Part shown: positions 25,601 to 36,925 of the stretch, one piece after another
Position numbering within the stretch: position 1 is the stretch's first letter
Layout of the letters: every line of letters begins with the position of its first letter
DNA from: Cystobasidiomycetes sp. EMM_F5
Lineage: Eukaryota
Direction: 5' to 3'
Length of the DNA: 64,000 nt
Assembly: GCA_051047955.1 (NCBI GenBank)
Contig: JBPGPT010000019.1
Coordinates: 248,001 to 312,000, forward strand
Program-made: the position numbers and the translations under genes
Notes under the pieces: model-generated
Seen by the model: the letters and a program-made list of their open reading frames with translations, nothing else
What the model was told of the DNA's origin: nothing
Database searches by the model: none

Positions 25601-26006
25601 GGAAAGAGCTGTACAATGCCAGCTTGAGGTCACCGTCGCTGCTCGACACGGGTTCGTGCACCGTTACGAGGAATGTCCCGTCTGGAAAAGTGCCCTCTAT
25701 CTGTATTTCGTGCAGTTGCGGGGCCACGGTAGGCAAGACCTGTCTCCGCCCGAGAATGGTCTTTCCGATGCTCTGCGACGACAAGACTCAGCCAATACAC
25801 TCGGAGTCGCAGTCAGCGTCAGCCGGGCACACCATCAGCTCTGCGACCGAATGCTTTCCATCGCGGACCAGCTCGTGCAGGACTGTCGCGATAAGGGCTG
25901 TCGCTTCCGTCAAGTTCAGTCGCAGCCCGCGAGCGAGCCTCTTTTGCGCCAGGCTACCCGCAGCATGGAGCACGAGCTTGGCTTCCTCCCGTGGCAGCAG
26001 GAGCAT
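22644..26006 (-). CDS. URE1: Urease (fused gamma-beta-alpha), multi-exon
   Basis: [115 protein letters not shown]. Confidence 0.98.
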
Positions 26007-26230
26007 TCTTGAGTTAATTGGCTGCAGGCTGAGGTCTTTAAAGTCGCCACCATCCAAACAGCCAATAACGACGACATTGCAATGGGCATTAGAAGGAGCA
26101 AGAGGGCGTCTACAAGGGGACTAATGAGTTTTGTAATGAGCTGCAAGCTGATTAGGATCCTCATTAGAGATTGTTGACCGTCCAGACTCAGCTACTGACG
26201 AGTCGACAGTCTGACTTTACATTCCCCGCA

Positions 26231-27667
26231 ATGCTGACACTCCTCCTCGCCGTCCTTCCGCTCGCATCAGTCTGGGCATCAGGGTCCCACTTCCAGAGCC
26301 ACAGAATGATTGCTCGAGCAGTCTCGAACAAATGTGCAGCCTACGCCCCGCTACTCCCATCGTCGACCATCCGCAAAGTGAAGGCCAACCTCGCTGCCAA
26401 TGCAAATATCTCTGATATTTGGGTAGTCGGTACCCAACTGCAAGCCTTGACCGAGTATGATATCCCTCAAGTGTCAGTATTTGACTGCGAATTCTACAAC
26501 AATCTACTTCTCGCGCCCCCTAATGGCATGCACGAGACAAACGATATTGTGGACGACTACCTCGCTCTTCTCAATCCAACAGACGTCGAATTTGCAGTGG
26601 TCCAAGGCGGGGCGGCGGCAGATCCGGCATCCCTAGGCGTATCATGGCTGAATGATGCATATTCGACCTCACGCCAGGATAAGAAGACCAAACTCCTGAG
26701 CTACGCGCAGCGAGAAGTCGACTATCTTCTGAAAACTGTACCCCGCCATGATGGCAAGGCAATCTCGCACAGACCTCCTTCCGAAGGTGCCCAACTATGG
26801 GATGACTTTGTCTACATGGTTCCTCCGGTGCGTGATGATCCCCAATGACCCACTACATTCAATGTTGACCTTCCATTCTCTGGCTCTGCAGTTCCTCGCA
26901 TACTACGGTGTACTGACACACGACCGGACGACAGCTTTGGAAGCATGGAACCAAATCGCATACTACCGACACTACCTACGCGATTCTTCTGGTCTATGGC
27001 ATCACATCCTCTATGGCAGCTTCAATGACACAACGTTCTGGGGCACTGGGATGGCGTGGTCCGTTGCTGGAATGGCCAGAGTCTACGCCACGTACAAGCA
27101 TGCTCCGGCAGCCGCAAACATAGGAGACTTTAGCGTTCAGATGGGCAAGATCCGTCAGTTTCTCAATGAGCTGCTTGCCGCTATGCTCAAGCAAATTCGC
27201 GTGCGTGGCGAGAATTACACGTACGGGACAAGGCTGATTTGCCAGAATGTGTTGACAGACTGATGGGCTCCTTCCCAACGTCTACTACCCCTCAGCGTCA
27301 ACCACCAACTTCGGAGACTCGGCGTCATCAGCTTTGATTGCGAGTACCATTTATCGCCTCGCACAGCTTGACATACTCGACGACAAGACTGCCAAACTCG
27401 CGCTAGCTGAGAAGATGCGAAAGGCCGTGTATGGCAAATTAAATCAGAAGAGCGCCTGGTGGGTCTATTCTGCGCCTCTATCGACTCGCAATGATATTCA
27501 TTCACTGACAACCGTGCTTTCTTTCCGTGTACAGGCTCGATAGCGCAGCTGATCCGCTGAAATGGTATGTCCCGACGTCGACATCGCCAGAATCGATGGC
27601 ATTTCTACTTCTGTTGGATGCTGCCGCTCGGGACTACAAGGCTACCATTGGCTGTCCAGCTGTATGA
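26231..27667 (+). CDS. Secreted GH105/GH88-family (six-hairpin) glycoside hydrolase
   Basis: Signal peptide MLTLLLAVLPLASVWA; ADPASLG, VPRHDGKAISHR, QLWDDFVYMVPP/FLAYYGV, GLWHHI, FWGTGMAWSVAGMARV, SPESMAFLL. Confidence 0.85.
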
Positions 27668-28035
27668 TTGGGCGCGCATTGTCCAGATGTCGACGTACGT
27701 CAAGGTCATTCACTCTAATGTGCCGAAAGTGATGATCCAGCAGTTTCGATGCAGCACATTATTTCGAATCGGTAATCTCCGGGCTTCTGTAGGGTCTCAC
27801 GGATGTAAGGATGGACGCGTGCGAGCCACGATTCCCAGCTCTGGGTTATGTAGAGTAGCGCTTCATTTGCTGAACTCGAGTTTGCGTTGTCGGGCGGGCC
27901 TCCTGACGAATGCGAAAATGAAGTCTTCTGGAGTTTCTTGACCCAGCTCATTGCGTCAAGGATAGGTGCTGCTAGATGCAAGCCGCACGACCGTCTTGAC
28001 TATTTGACGAAGGATCCGTCCTCATGCAAGCTGTA

Positions 28036-28603
28036 TCATCGCTTCGCATTGTCCGCTGTTTTGGCGGGAGTGCTGACTCCTAGCCGTGCGTTGGGATTGC
28101 TAGACATTCCCACAGTCTCTGCGGACGCATCTTGCAGTAGTTCTCCAAGACCTTGCTCGACCGAGTCTATCCTTTTCGAAATGGCTTCCACTGCACTCCA
28201 AGTTGGTCAGTCGAGCGAAGAATGTCGCAAAGCAAAAGCTCGCGACTCAAAACGTACGTTTGCTAAGCACCTGAGAGGACATGTTGTCAAAGTTTGTCTC
28301 GAGTCGCGTCAAAACGTCTTCGACCTATGTTATTGTTCAAACTAATCATATCAGCCGAGTGCACAAGCTGCTTGATATTTCACGCACCCAGTTCGTGAGC
28401 TCGTGAGGACTCGTGATATCCAACTCTGCACCATCGCCGTTGCCATCGTTTGGCGCAGCACTCGTTCCTGCTGGCCCGGCTGTTCCATTTGAAGACACAT
28501 TGCTGCCTGCTGGTCGCATCGCAACTGATTGCGGCAGCTCGAGCTTTGGCGATGTATTCAGTGGAGCTGGAGCTGCCGCAGACAGAGACTCGCGCGAAGT
28601 CAT
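28036..28603 (-). CDS. Heat shock factor-binding protein 1 (HSBP1) family, 3 exons
   Basis: Spliced DITSPHELTNW/VEDVLTRLETNFDNMSSQVLSK/LEAISKRIDSVEQGLGELL coiled coil. Confidence 0.85.
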
Positions 28604-28753
28604 GTTGGTTGGGTTGCAGTCAAGATGTTACTCAAGTCCACGTAGAAGTAGACGAATACAAAGCTAAGCTTCTAAGTGATTGAATGTATCATACACATAA
28701 CTAAACAGCCGCATCTTGTACGCGAGTAAAGTACTGCTGCGAATGACGCACCT

Positions 28754-30853
28754 CTATGTGGCACGCAAACCGAGACCCAAGCCTGTCTGGCCGCGCCGTT
28801 GTGGCATCGACGCCAACGTGGAGACGCTGTTCTGTCGGCGACGTCGCGATGATACGATTGACCTGCTTGATCCGTGTCCCGAAGAACCGTGATCATGAGC
28901 TACGGACGCGACCACAGCATCTCTCGGCTGCTCCGGGAGCGTCTGAAGCAGCGCTATCGCGTTCTCGCGAACGTCTGTCATGCTGTAGTGTTGTGAAGGC
29001 TGTCAGTGATCGTGACCAGAAGCCAGATTGTTCCGAGGCGATACTCACCTCAAGCGATACGGTCTAGGCATGAGCCGCTTTGCAAAGGTCGTGTCGACGT
29101 GGTTCGAGCATAGGAGTGCGATGAAGATGCACGCAATATGAATAGGGACAATGCTGAATGCAGTTGTCGCAATGCGATGCAGATACTGCTTCTCAAAGCG
29201 AAACAATTTGCCCTTACAGCCTGGCAAAATACTTCGAGGATAGCAGCTTCTGCCATATGTGGCTTCATCTGGGGTGACACCGTCAGTTCATCGCATAATC
29301 CCGATCATATACTGAACGTACGCATAGCGTTGTAGTATCCGCAACACCTGAGCTACATCGAAAGACAAGATGTTAGGCGCTTGTAGGGGCAGACTCATCT
29401 ATAACGAGCTGGCACGCACAATGGTCTGTATCCTCCATCTGTCGCTGTCGTCGTAAAACTGACTCCACGCCTGGTTTAGCTTGCGGTCCAGGTTCAGATT
29501 CTGCTTCTTGAAAGCCATATATCCGACAACCAGTATTGACACCAGCGCAGGCCAGAGCAGGAGGACGTAGACGGCGAGTATAGGACGAGAATTCAACAGT
29601 GTGCCAGCGAGGCCTATGAAGGCCGTCATAATACAGAGGACGCCAGACAGCGTTATCGCTGCAGAAATGGTTAATATGAAGTACAGCGATGCGAAATAGA
29701 GTTGCTGCATACCGATCATAAGATGATTTTCGACGACAAGAAGGACATCGGCTTGATCCCATGCTGTAAGGGTATGGTTGAGCGAAGCCATCTGATGAGT
29801 CATTGTTGCACGTACTTCTGAGCCATGTCAGACAGGCTAAAACAAGGCCGAAGAGACCATACGCGAAGACCTGGAGGACAGAGATGCTTGTCTCAGCCTT
29901 GAGACTGCCGGCGCTAGTCAGGCTAGGAAATACGTACTGCAGCCACTGATGTCAGCAGTAGCCATTTCGATTTAGTCCAGGTCTGCAGTTGGCCTGGGGT
30001 GATCACCGTGGTCGCCACACCTCGAGTATCTACGAGCGTAGATGGGTGCGGAAGGGTATCAGGATGGCTGCGCTGAGCTATTGACCGCGCGCGAGGCATC
30101 GGAAACTTTTCAGTGAGTCGTACTGAGGACGCAATGGAAGAGGACGATGAATATGATGAGATCGGTAGAGTGAAGATGGTCGAAGCTCGAGAGTCGTATG
30201 CGCTGCTTGTACCTTTGCTCATTGAACTCGACACGACATGCCTGGTATCGCCATTCCGAGCTTCGTGTAGCATCGTCGTCGTGCTCGCGGCACCACGTCC
30301 CGCTGGCCGACGTGCAGTAATAGATTGATAAATACTCGACACGACAGACGAGTATGTGCTTTGCCTAGAGAGTTTCGATGAATGCGAATCGGTACGCGAC
30401 GAAGCTTGTGACCAGATGGCTTTGCCCCACGCGGGTGCACTGCGCTCTCTTCAACATCAACATCAACATCAAGGGCATGTCAGTATGAAATTGGCCGATC
30501 GGTACGAAACATTGACCTTACCCTTGATACGTTACATGCGTGATCGGGATGGAAACGCTGCTCCGCGTTGCGAATGAGCTCGTTGAGCCAGTGCGGGAGA
30601 TGGGCACGTCTTTCCTGCTTTCCGACGGTATTGGCGGAAGCATTCGATCTTGCCAGTGCTGAGCTGGTGCGTACGGATTCCGCATAGATTGCGCGACGCT
30701 GTTGCCGTCGTTTGCAACGAAAGTAGGAGCATCATGGTGAGAAGTATCTTCTCGAGATAGAGTAGGCGTTCGACTGCGGATGCCAGAGTCTGTAATGTAA
30801 AGGACCGGCGATATGCTGCTCGAAGACGAATGCATACTACGCTCGTTCAGCAT
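28754..30853 (-). CDS. Tsp2-family fungal tetraspanin with long N-terminal tail; start approximate
   Basis: WTKSKWLLLTSV, AWDQADVL, LLNSRPILAVYVLLLWP, KKQNLNLDRKLNQAWS, LRCCGYY, LPGCKGKLFRFE, ALLCSNHV. Confidence 0.85.
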
Positions 30854-31075
30854 GGTGGTCGTCAAGATGTCGCAATCTGGGCGAGGTGAGAGTGTGGAAA
30901 TACGAGTCGTAAGTGAAAGACGACCGGAGTATGCTTGGGTAATTTGATAAGGAGGCGCTACATTGCTTGTCAAAACAACAACAAAATGACGGTACACGCC
31001 AGGTCCAGGTTGCTCGCCTCTCGAGGAGCCCGCCGTCTTGACAAGACGGGCTGAACAATCAATGCAGAGGCTTGC

Positions 31076-32034
31076 TTATGCTACAGCTACAGATGTCGAG
31101 GTTGATGGGGTCGCTTGTGTCGGGATGAGGCTGCTTGAACTTGCTGCAGATGAAGAGGTCTCAAGGCCGGATACGCTGGTACTGCCGTTCTCCGTCTGCT
31201 TGCCCTTTGACTCGCTGCTGTCAGAGGTTGACACGGCAGCGGCTTTATTGAGTTTACGCTTCTTCATCATTGCTGCCAACGTTAGAATTAAGTCTGCAAT
31301 CAGATTCGCCACAGGACCACGACCGAACAAAGTGTGTACTCACCAGCCGCAACTGCATTCTTGACATTGTCGACAATCTCGCGAGACTCTTCGATGTACT
31401 TCTGGTCGTCGAGTCTTCGTTTGGCTCCTCCGGCGATTGTTGCTGGTGTCCCTGCTGGAGGGCCACCTGCCGACTGCGACGAGCCCGCTACAAAGGCCGA
31501 AGAGGGTCCGGCTGCGGGAGTGACTGTGGTAGAAGCACTCGCAATCTGCCCGTCCAACCTCGCAATCTCATCCTGCAGCTTTGCGAGTCTCTCCTTTGCC
31601 TGATTGACCCTGGCTGCCTCTCGCTCGGGTTCAGCCTGGAGGGCGTCTGCGAGCTTCTTTGCCTCCTTGATGGTGCTCAGCCGTCGTCCATTGAGATCTC
31701 TGCACGAGTCTGTATTGTTCTGGCCGTTCCGCTTGCTGTTCATTCTGCCGCCAGCTGCCCTCAACTGCGACCCAAATCCACCCTTTCCGCCAGGCAAGCG
31801 GACTGCCATTCTGATGTAAACATCCTGCCCGACATGCTCGCCTTGGAGTGAGCTGAACGATGCTCCAGCTGGCAGCCTAAGGCCAGAGTTGAGCGACAGG
31901 CTCTGGGCGACTTCATCGCAAAACGGCGAGAGGATGTATGCAAGCGTCGACGAAGCTGGCAGGTGGCCTGGGAGACGTAGTGATACTGTCGGAAAGTGAG
32001 AAGTGACGAGCACGTTGACCAGGGTGGAGTCCAT
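31076..32034 (-). CDS. SDE2: Sde2 (ubiquitin-like precursor, splicing regulator)
   Basis: RLPGGKGGFGSQLRAAGGRM and NTDSCRDLNGRRLSTIKEAKKL; KRRLDDQKYIEES. Confidence 0.93.
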
Positions 32035-32310
32035 GGTGTCGGTTATCAGACGAGTTGGAGAAGGTGTAACAGGAGTTCATTCAAAGTCGGCTTGGACGAG
32101 TTCGATAAAGCTATCTTACACCGTCAAGCAACCGTAGTATAGTGGTCAAGTAGTCTGTAGCGAGTAGTCGGAGCATTCCACATTCGGTTGTGAAGATTGA
32201 CTCAAGACTAGCATCAAAGAATGGTTACACGATGGAGGGGCAAAGATGACTGTCTTTCCCGTATGCTACAGTCGAAGACACGCAATGCCCGAGACTAGCT
32301 GTTTGACTGC

Positions 32311-33085
32311 CTAAAGCTGAGCCGTAAAGACGGTCAAAGCAGCAGCCAGGAAGAGGACCCCATACGTAGCCTTGGTTGACCACGCAGAATTGCTGGGTAG
32401 GTTGGGATCGCTGCTCATCTGGGCCAATGACTCGCGTGTGGCGGCCTCGACAGTCACTTTGTTGACTGTACTCTTCCACGTTTGCGTGACGGAGGTAGGT
32501 TGAGTCGGCTTTGGCGCGACATTTGCGCGTACAGTGTAATCAAAGTTCAACGAAAGTGTTGTCGCTGCAATTGGCATGTAAGTACATCACATAGCGGACG
32601 CTCCTGGATCATGACTCACATGCAAACGGTGGGTAAATGCAGTATTGATCACCGTTTTGGGTGACGGAGCCATCAGCAGACGTAAAGTAGACTGTATCCA
32701 GGAACACCTGGTAGTCGCCCTCCTTGTAGCCCTTTGAGTAGACGTCGGCATAGGGGAGTGTGAGATTGGCGACGCCTCCTGGGACAGTCACGCAGGCGGT
32801 GGTATTACTGGAATTCAGAACAATTTCCTGCTTGTCTTCGTAATGGCCACCCGATACCGACCAAGTCAGGTTTCCCGCAGTAGTGGCCGTCTGCACAAAC
32901 GAAGCGCGATAGTTTCCATTCGAAAAGTCAAACGTGCTGCCCATGTGTACTCCAAAGAAGTTGGATGGCGAAATTTTGGTCATTGTGTATTTGGTGATCT
33001 GGGACTGTCCTAGCGGGAGAGGATTACTGTAGAGGCTGATGCCAACAGTCGGAAGGTCTCGGACGGCGGGGTTAATGACTGCCAT
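32311..33085 (-). CDS. Hypothetical Thr/Ser-rich protein with C-terminal hydrophobic (GPI/tail-anchor-like) segment; one intron
   Basis: Two ORFs joined in frame by a GTGAGT...CAG intron (PPFA/STTLSLNF); ends TYGVLFLAAALTVFTAQL. Confidence 0.6.
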
Positions 33086-33566
33086 GTTGTGCAGTGTGGT
33101 GAATAATGTGGAGTTTAAACGTAGTATGGGTAAATGGATGAAAAGAGTGTTCTTGCAGCCTGCTGCTTGGTGAAGAAAAAGTGTGTGATAGAGAAGAGAA
33201 GAGCCGCGAAACCATCAGCAGACAAGGTCTATCGATTCCGCGTATGCAGCGCCCTGCACAGTGATACATCAAAAGCGGCGATGGCAAGTCCCGAAAATGG
33301 AAGGTACCTGTCAGGAACTTTAAAACGGGCACAGAAATCAACATTGACGCGATAAATAGACACTGCATCTTCGTAGCCAAGTCTTGTTGATACACCGCCA
33401 TTGATGCCGTTACGCCGTGTTGCGTCGGGGTAACTTGGGGTAGGTCATGTAATAAGATGCATGAGTGGAGGCCGCAGAAAGGACGGAGGTCAATAAAAAG
33501 GATGAAACCATGGCACAACAAGACACCCTCAGTCGTTGTTTGCGTATATTTAAACATGTATCGCAT

Positions 33567-34624
33567 TCAAGCAATGTATTTTCTGGAAAAATAAGGTTCA
33601 GCAGGACATTAATGATGTATGCAGATACTGAGAGCGAGACTGACTGAAGGAAACGACGATGGAACTGTGTCCTGATGAGGTCGTTGACAAATTCCTTCTT
33701 TGGCTCATCGGACTTCATTGCTTGGTTCTTGAAAATGACATCGTCGTCCCAGCGCTTCTTGACGGTAAACGAAGCAGAAGCAGAACTCGCGCTCGAAGAC
33801 TCGTAGGATCTTTGACCAGACAGTGCAGCTTGTAGATTGAGTAGAGGGTTGCCGGATGCTGCAGCTTCCTCTGCTGAAATCGCTGCAGACTCTGCTCGTT
33901 CTCGTTCCTGCATCGAAGTCAGGATGTGTAAAGTCAAAAAGTAATCAAGCGCAATGTCTCGTACACACCTGCCTAGCCTTCTCTTCTGCTCGCTCTCGTT
34001 TGATCTTTTCCAGCTCGCGTAGCAGTTCAGCCGTCTCATCCTCGTCGTCCTCCTCGTCTTCGGAATCGTCGCTGTCGTCGTCGTCGTCGTCGTCATCTTC
34101 ATTCTGCTGCCCGTCTTCTTGCTCGTCCTCTCCATCATCAACTGCTCGTCCCTTGCCCTTCCCGTTGACTGCGCCGTTGTTATTGCTCTTGCCAGCACCC
34201 AGGTCTACCTCGCCTGCCGGCTCATCGTCCGAGTCGTCTCTATCCAGCTCTGCAGCATCGGCAATGAGCTTCCTCCGCTTTGCTTCCTGTTCATTCTCCT
34301 GCTGCGTCGTCGCAGTACCCCTGCCATTGACATCCGCCTCCTCCGTTTCAGCGATTCCCTTTCGCTTGTTTCGGGCAATCCTCTCTGCTCGCTCGAGTTC
34401 GAGCTTCAAATCTCGCCTGGCCACGTCGTTGGTCGTCCCTTGTCCAGGCTGTCGAAACTTGAGCTTGGTGTATGCGTTCTGGTCCTTTGTCGACACCTGC
34501 CGTGTAGCAGACCCAGCATCCCGAGCTTGGGCTGGCTGTATATTCCAGACGTCAAGCACTGCAATGAGCCCCGTCTGAGGCAGGTGCTACTCACCACCCA
34601 CGTAGGTCTGTGAGCTGTCGACAT
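33567..34624 (-). CDS. CWC15: Pre-mRNA splicing factor Cwc15/Cwf15
   Basis: MSTAHRPTW, TKLKFRQPGQ, ETAELLRELEKIKRERAEEK, GNPLLN, VKKRWDDDVIFKNQA, FVNDLIRTQFHRRFL. Confidence 0.96.
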
Positions 34625-34791
34625 GATTAGAGTATGGCAGCAAGATGGTTGAGAAAAACAAGAGGAACAACGATTTGAAATGCGATTCAAAGATGATCGC
34701 AACTCTGACATCCAACTCGGTATTCGCTTTCCGGCTTTGCTTCATTCCTTCTGACCTGCAACCTGCTTCTGTTCAGACTGTCCCCCTCGTC

Positions 34792-36424
34792 ATGCCGTCC
34801 GCCTTTGTGGAAACGGCCGTAGGGGCCCTGCAAGCGACGATATCCGTTCTTTTGGTCCTCTTTTACGGAGCTGCGAGCGTCAAATGGCTAAAGATTGTAT
34901 CGCCCGAGACGGTGGATGGAGTAACTCGCTTAGGAACGAATATCCTACTGCCCGGTAGGCCTCGAATCACCGTGTTTTTTCGATTGATTCTGATAAGTCT
35001 ACAACGTCATGCACCCAGCCCTTCTCTTTTCTCAGATGGGAAAGCAAGCTTCGGCAGACAAGCTGGTCGAGTATTGGATCCTGCCAGTATCGGCAACAGT
35101 ATTCACACTCCTGAGCTTGATGTACGCCTGGATCGGAGTAAATCTCCTGAGAATGCCAAACTGGATGTATCCCGCAGCTGCTTTTCCAAACATGCTCAGT
35201 CTCCCACTGCTCATGGTCCAAGCGCTCGCAAAGACTGGAACCCTCGGCAAGCTGCTGACAGATCCAGACGATTCTATCGACGATGCGCTCGATAGAGCAA
35301 AGGTTTACTTTCTCGTCAGCGTGTGTCAATCGTATAAGCTTCTGTTCGTGCATGGATCAATAGCTTATTGCATTGGCTCTACGCACACTCCTCCTCATAC
35401 TAATCACAGGCATTGGCCGGAAATATCATTCGCTTTGCCATTGGCCCCCGGCTATTACAGCAGGACGACGATGATGACAAGATCGAGGGACCTAACACCA
35501 GCAGTATAGCCTCGCGAGATCCTGAAAGACAATCTCTACTAGGCCGCATTACTCCTGGAGCTCCGATTCCCGGTCAATACACAGAAGACGACTCGCTCAA
35601 AGCCAGAATATGGAAGCATCTCAGCAAGCTGTCCGCCTTGAAAGGCTTCTGTGCGTTGACTGCTCCAAATCTTCATCTTGCTACTCCTAATGCAAATTCT
35701 TGCACACAGTCAACCCTCCCCTCATAGCTGGCTTGCTAGCGATATTCTTTGGAGTGATACCAGGAACGCACAAGCTGCTGTTTGAAGAGTCGGGCGCACT
35801 CAACTCGAGCTTGACACAGAGCATCAAAACTGTCGGCGACCTGTACACTGGACTTCAGATCTTTGTCCTTGGCGGTAAACTCGTCTCGAAAAAGTAGGTG
35901 CACCTATATAGGATCTACCGTGCATTTTTATGCTGAACGATTGGCAATCATTCAGTGTCAGCCGACCAAGATTGTTCCCTTTGTTATACCTCTTTGCATG
36001 GAGATTCGTCTTCATGCCGGCCATCGCGACGGCCCTCGTGTATACCCTACGTACTCGCTACCCGGACTACATCAAAGCCGATCCAATCCTCGACTTTGTG
36101 CTTGCAATTTCCCACGTTGGTCCACCAGCGTACGTCGACTTGTCTCATACACACTGTCCTCCAAAACACTGCACAAGCTGATAACATGCTGCAGAATCAC
36201 GCTCATTGCAATGGCTGATCTATCTGGCCTCGATTCTGCCGAACAAGGTGTCATTGCGACTATACTCCTCGCAAGCTACGTAGTGACGCCTTTCATGAGC
36301 GTCAGCGTGAGCGCCATCATTGTAGCTATTGTGAGCATTCTCAGCGCCACGTTTGGGATACTATCCAAGCTAATGTACATTCCTCTCTTCTCCCAATCAC
36401 CAGTCCAAATTATACAAGTCATAG
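34792..36424 (+). CDS. Auxin efflux carrier (PIN-like/Ecm3) family membrane transporter, multi-exon
   Basis: ALQATISVLLVLFYG, NILLP/ALLFSQMG, FPNMLSLPLLMVQAL, NPPLIAGLLAIFFGVIP, WRFVFMPAI, DPILDFVL, GPPA. Confidence 0.87.
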
Positions 36425-36925
36425 AAGGCTGTATTCATTTTGCAACACAGTCTATTCAGCAGATGTCTATATGTGCAGTCAATGAGAATCCGTCTACAGT
36501 CCGCACATGCATGTAGCATACTATCGCATTATCAGCTCGACGCATTAAACGATTAGTTGAAAGCAAGCTTGGAGCCGAAGGCATCAGTCACATTGCTGGC
36601 TCATAGAGTGTCTCCCTGTCCATGACAAGCGAAGAGCAGGAACAAATGGGAAACGAATGTGGTTTAAAGTACGCAAACATTGAACAAATGCCACAATATT
36701 ATCTACACGCTACTCTTGGTGCAGTCCAAAGACGAGATGATCCAATAATTACGATGAATGAGTGAATGTATAGACGACTTTTCACGGAACTTGAAGAGCA
36801 AGACATCTTCACGGCTGCTGGACCACATTGTTGATGCGAGAAGTGATCAGAGTATATATACGAAATACGAACGGGTGCGAGGGAGAGACGAGGCATACGC
36901 ATCGAATCGCTCCTTCTGTGCGAGT

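Noticed and set aside
27715..27981. 88-aa - strand ORF downstream of HSBP1
   Set aside because: Lies in the probable 3'UTR, with no motif support
33856..34578. 240-aa Ser-rich + strand ORF
   Set aside because: Antisense shadow of the acidic Cwc15 exon ((GAC)n read as TCG/TCC)
31076..34624. SDE2 and CWC15 proximity as a splicing gene cluster
   Set aside because: Only two genes separated by an unrelated one; compatible with chance in a gene-dense genome
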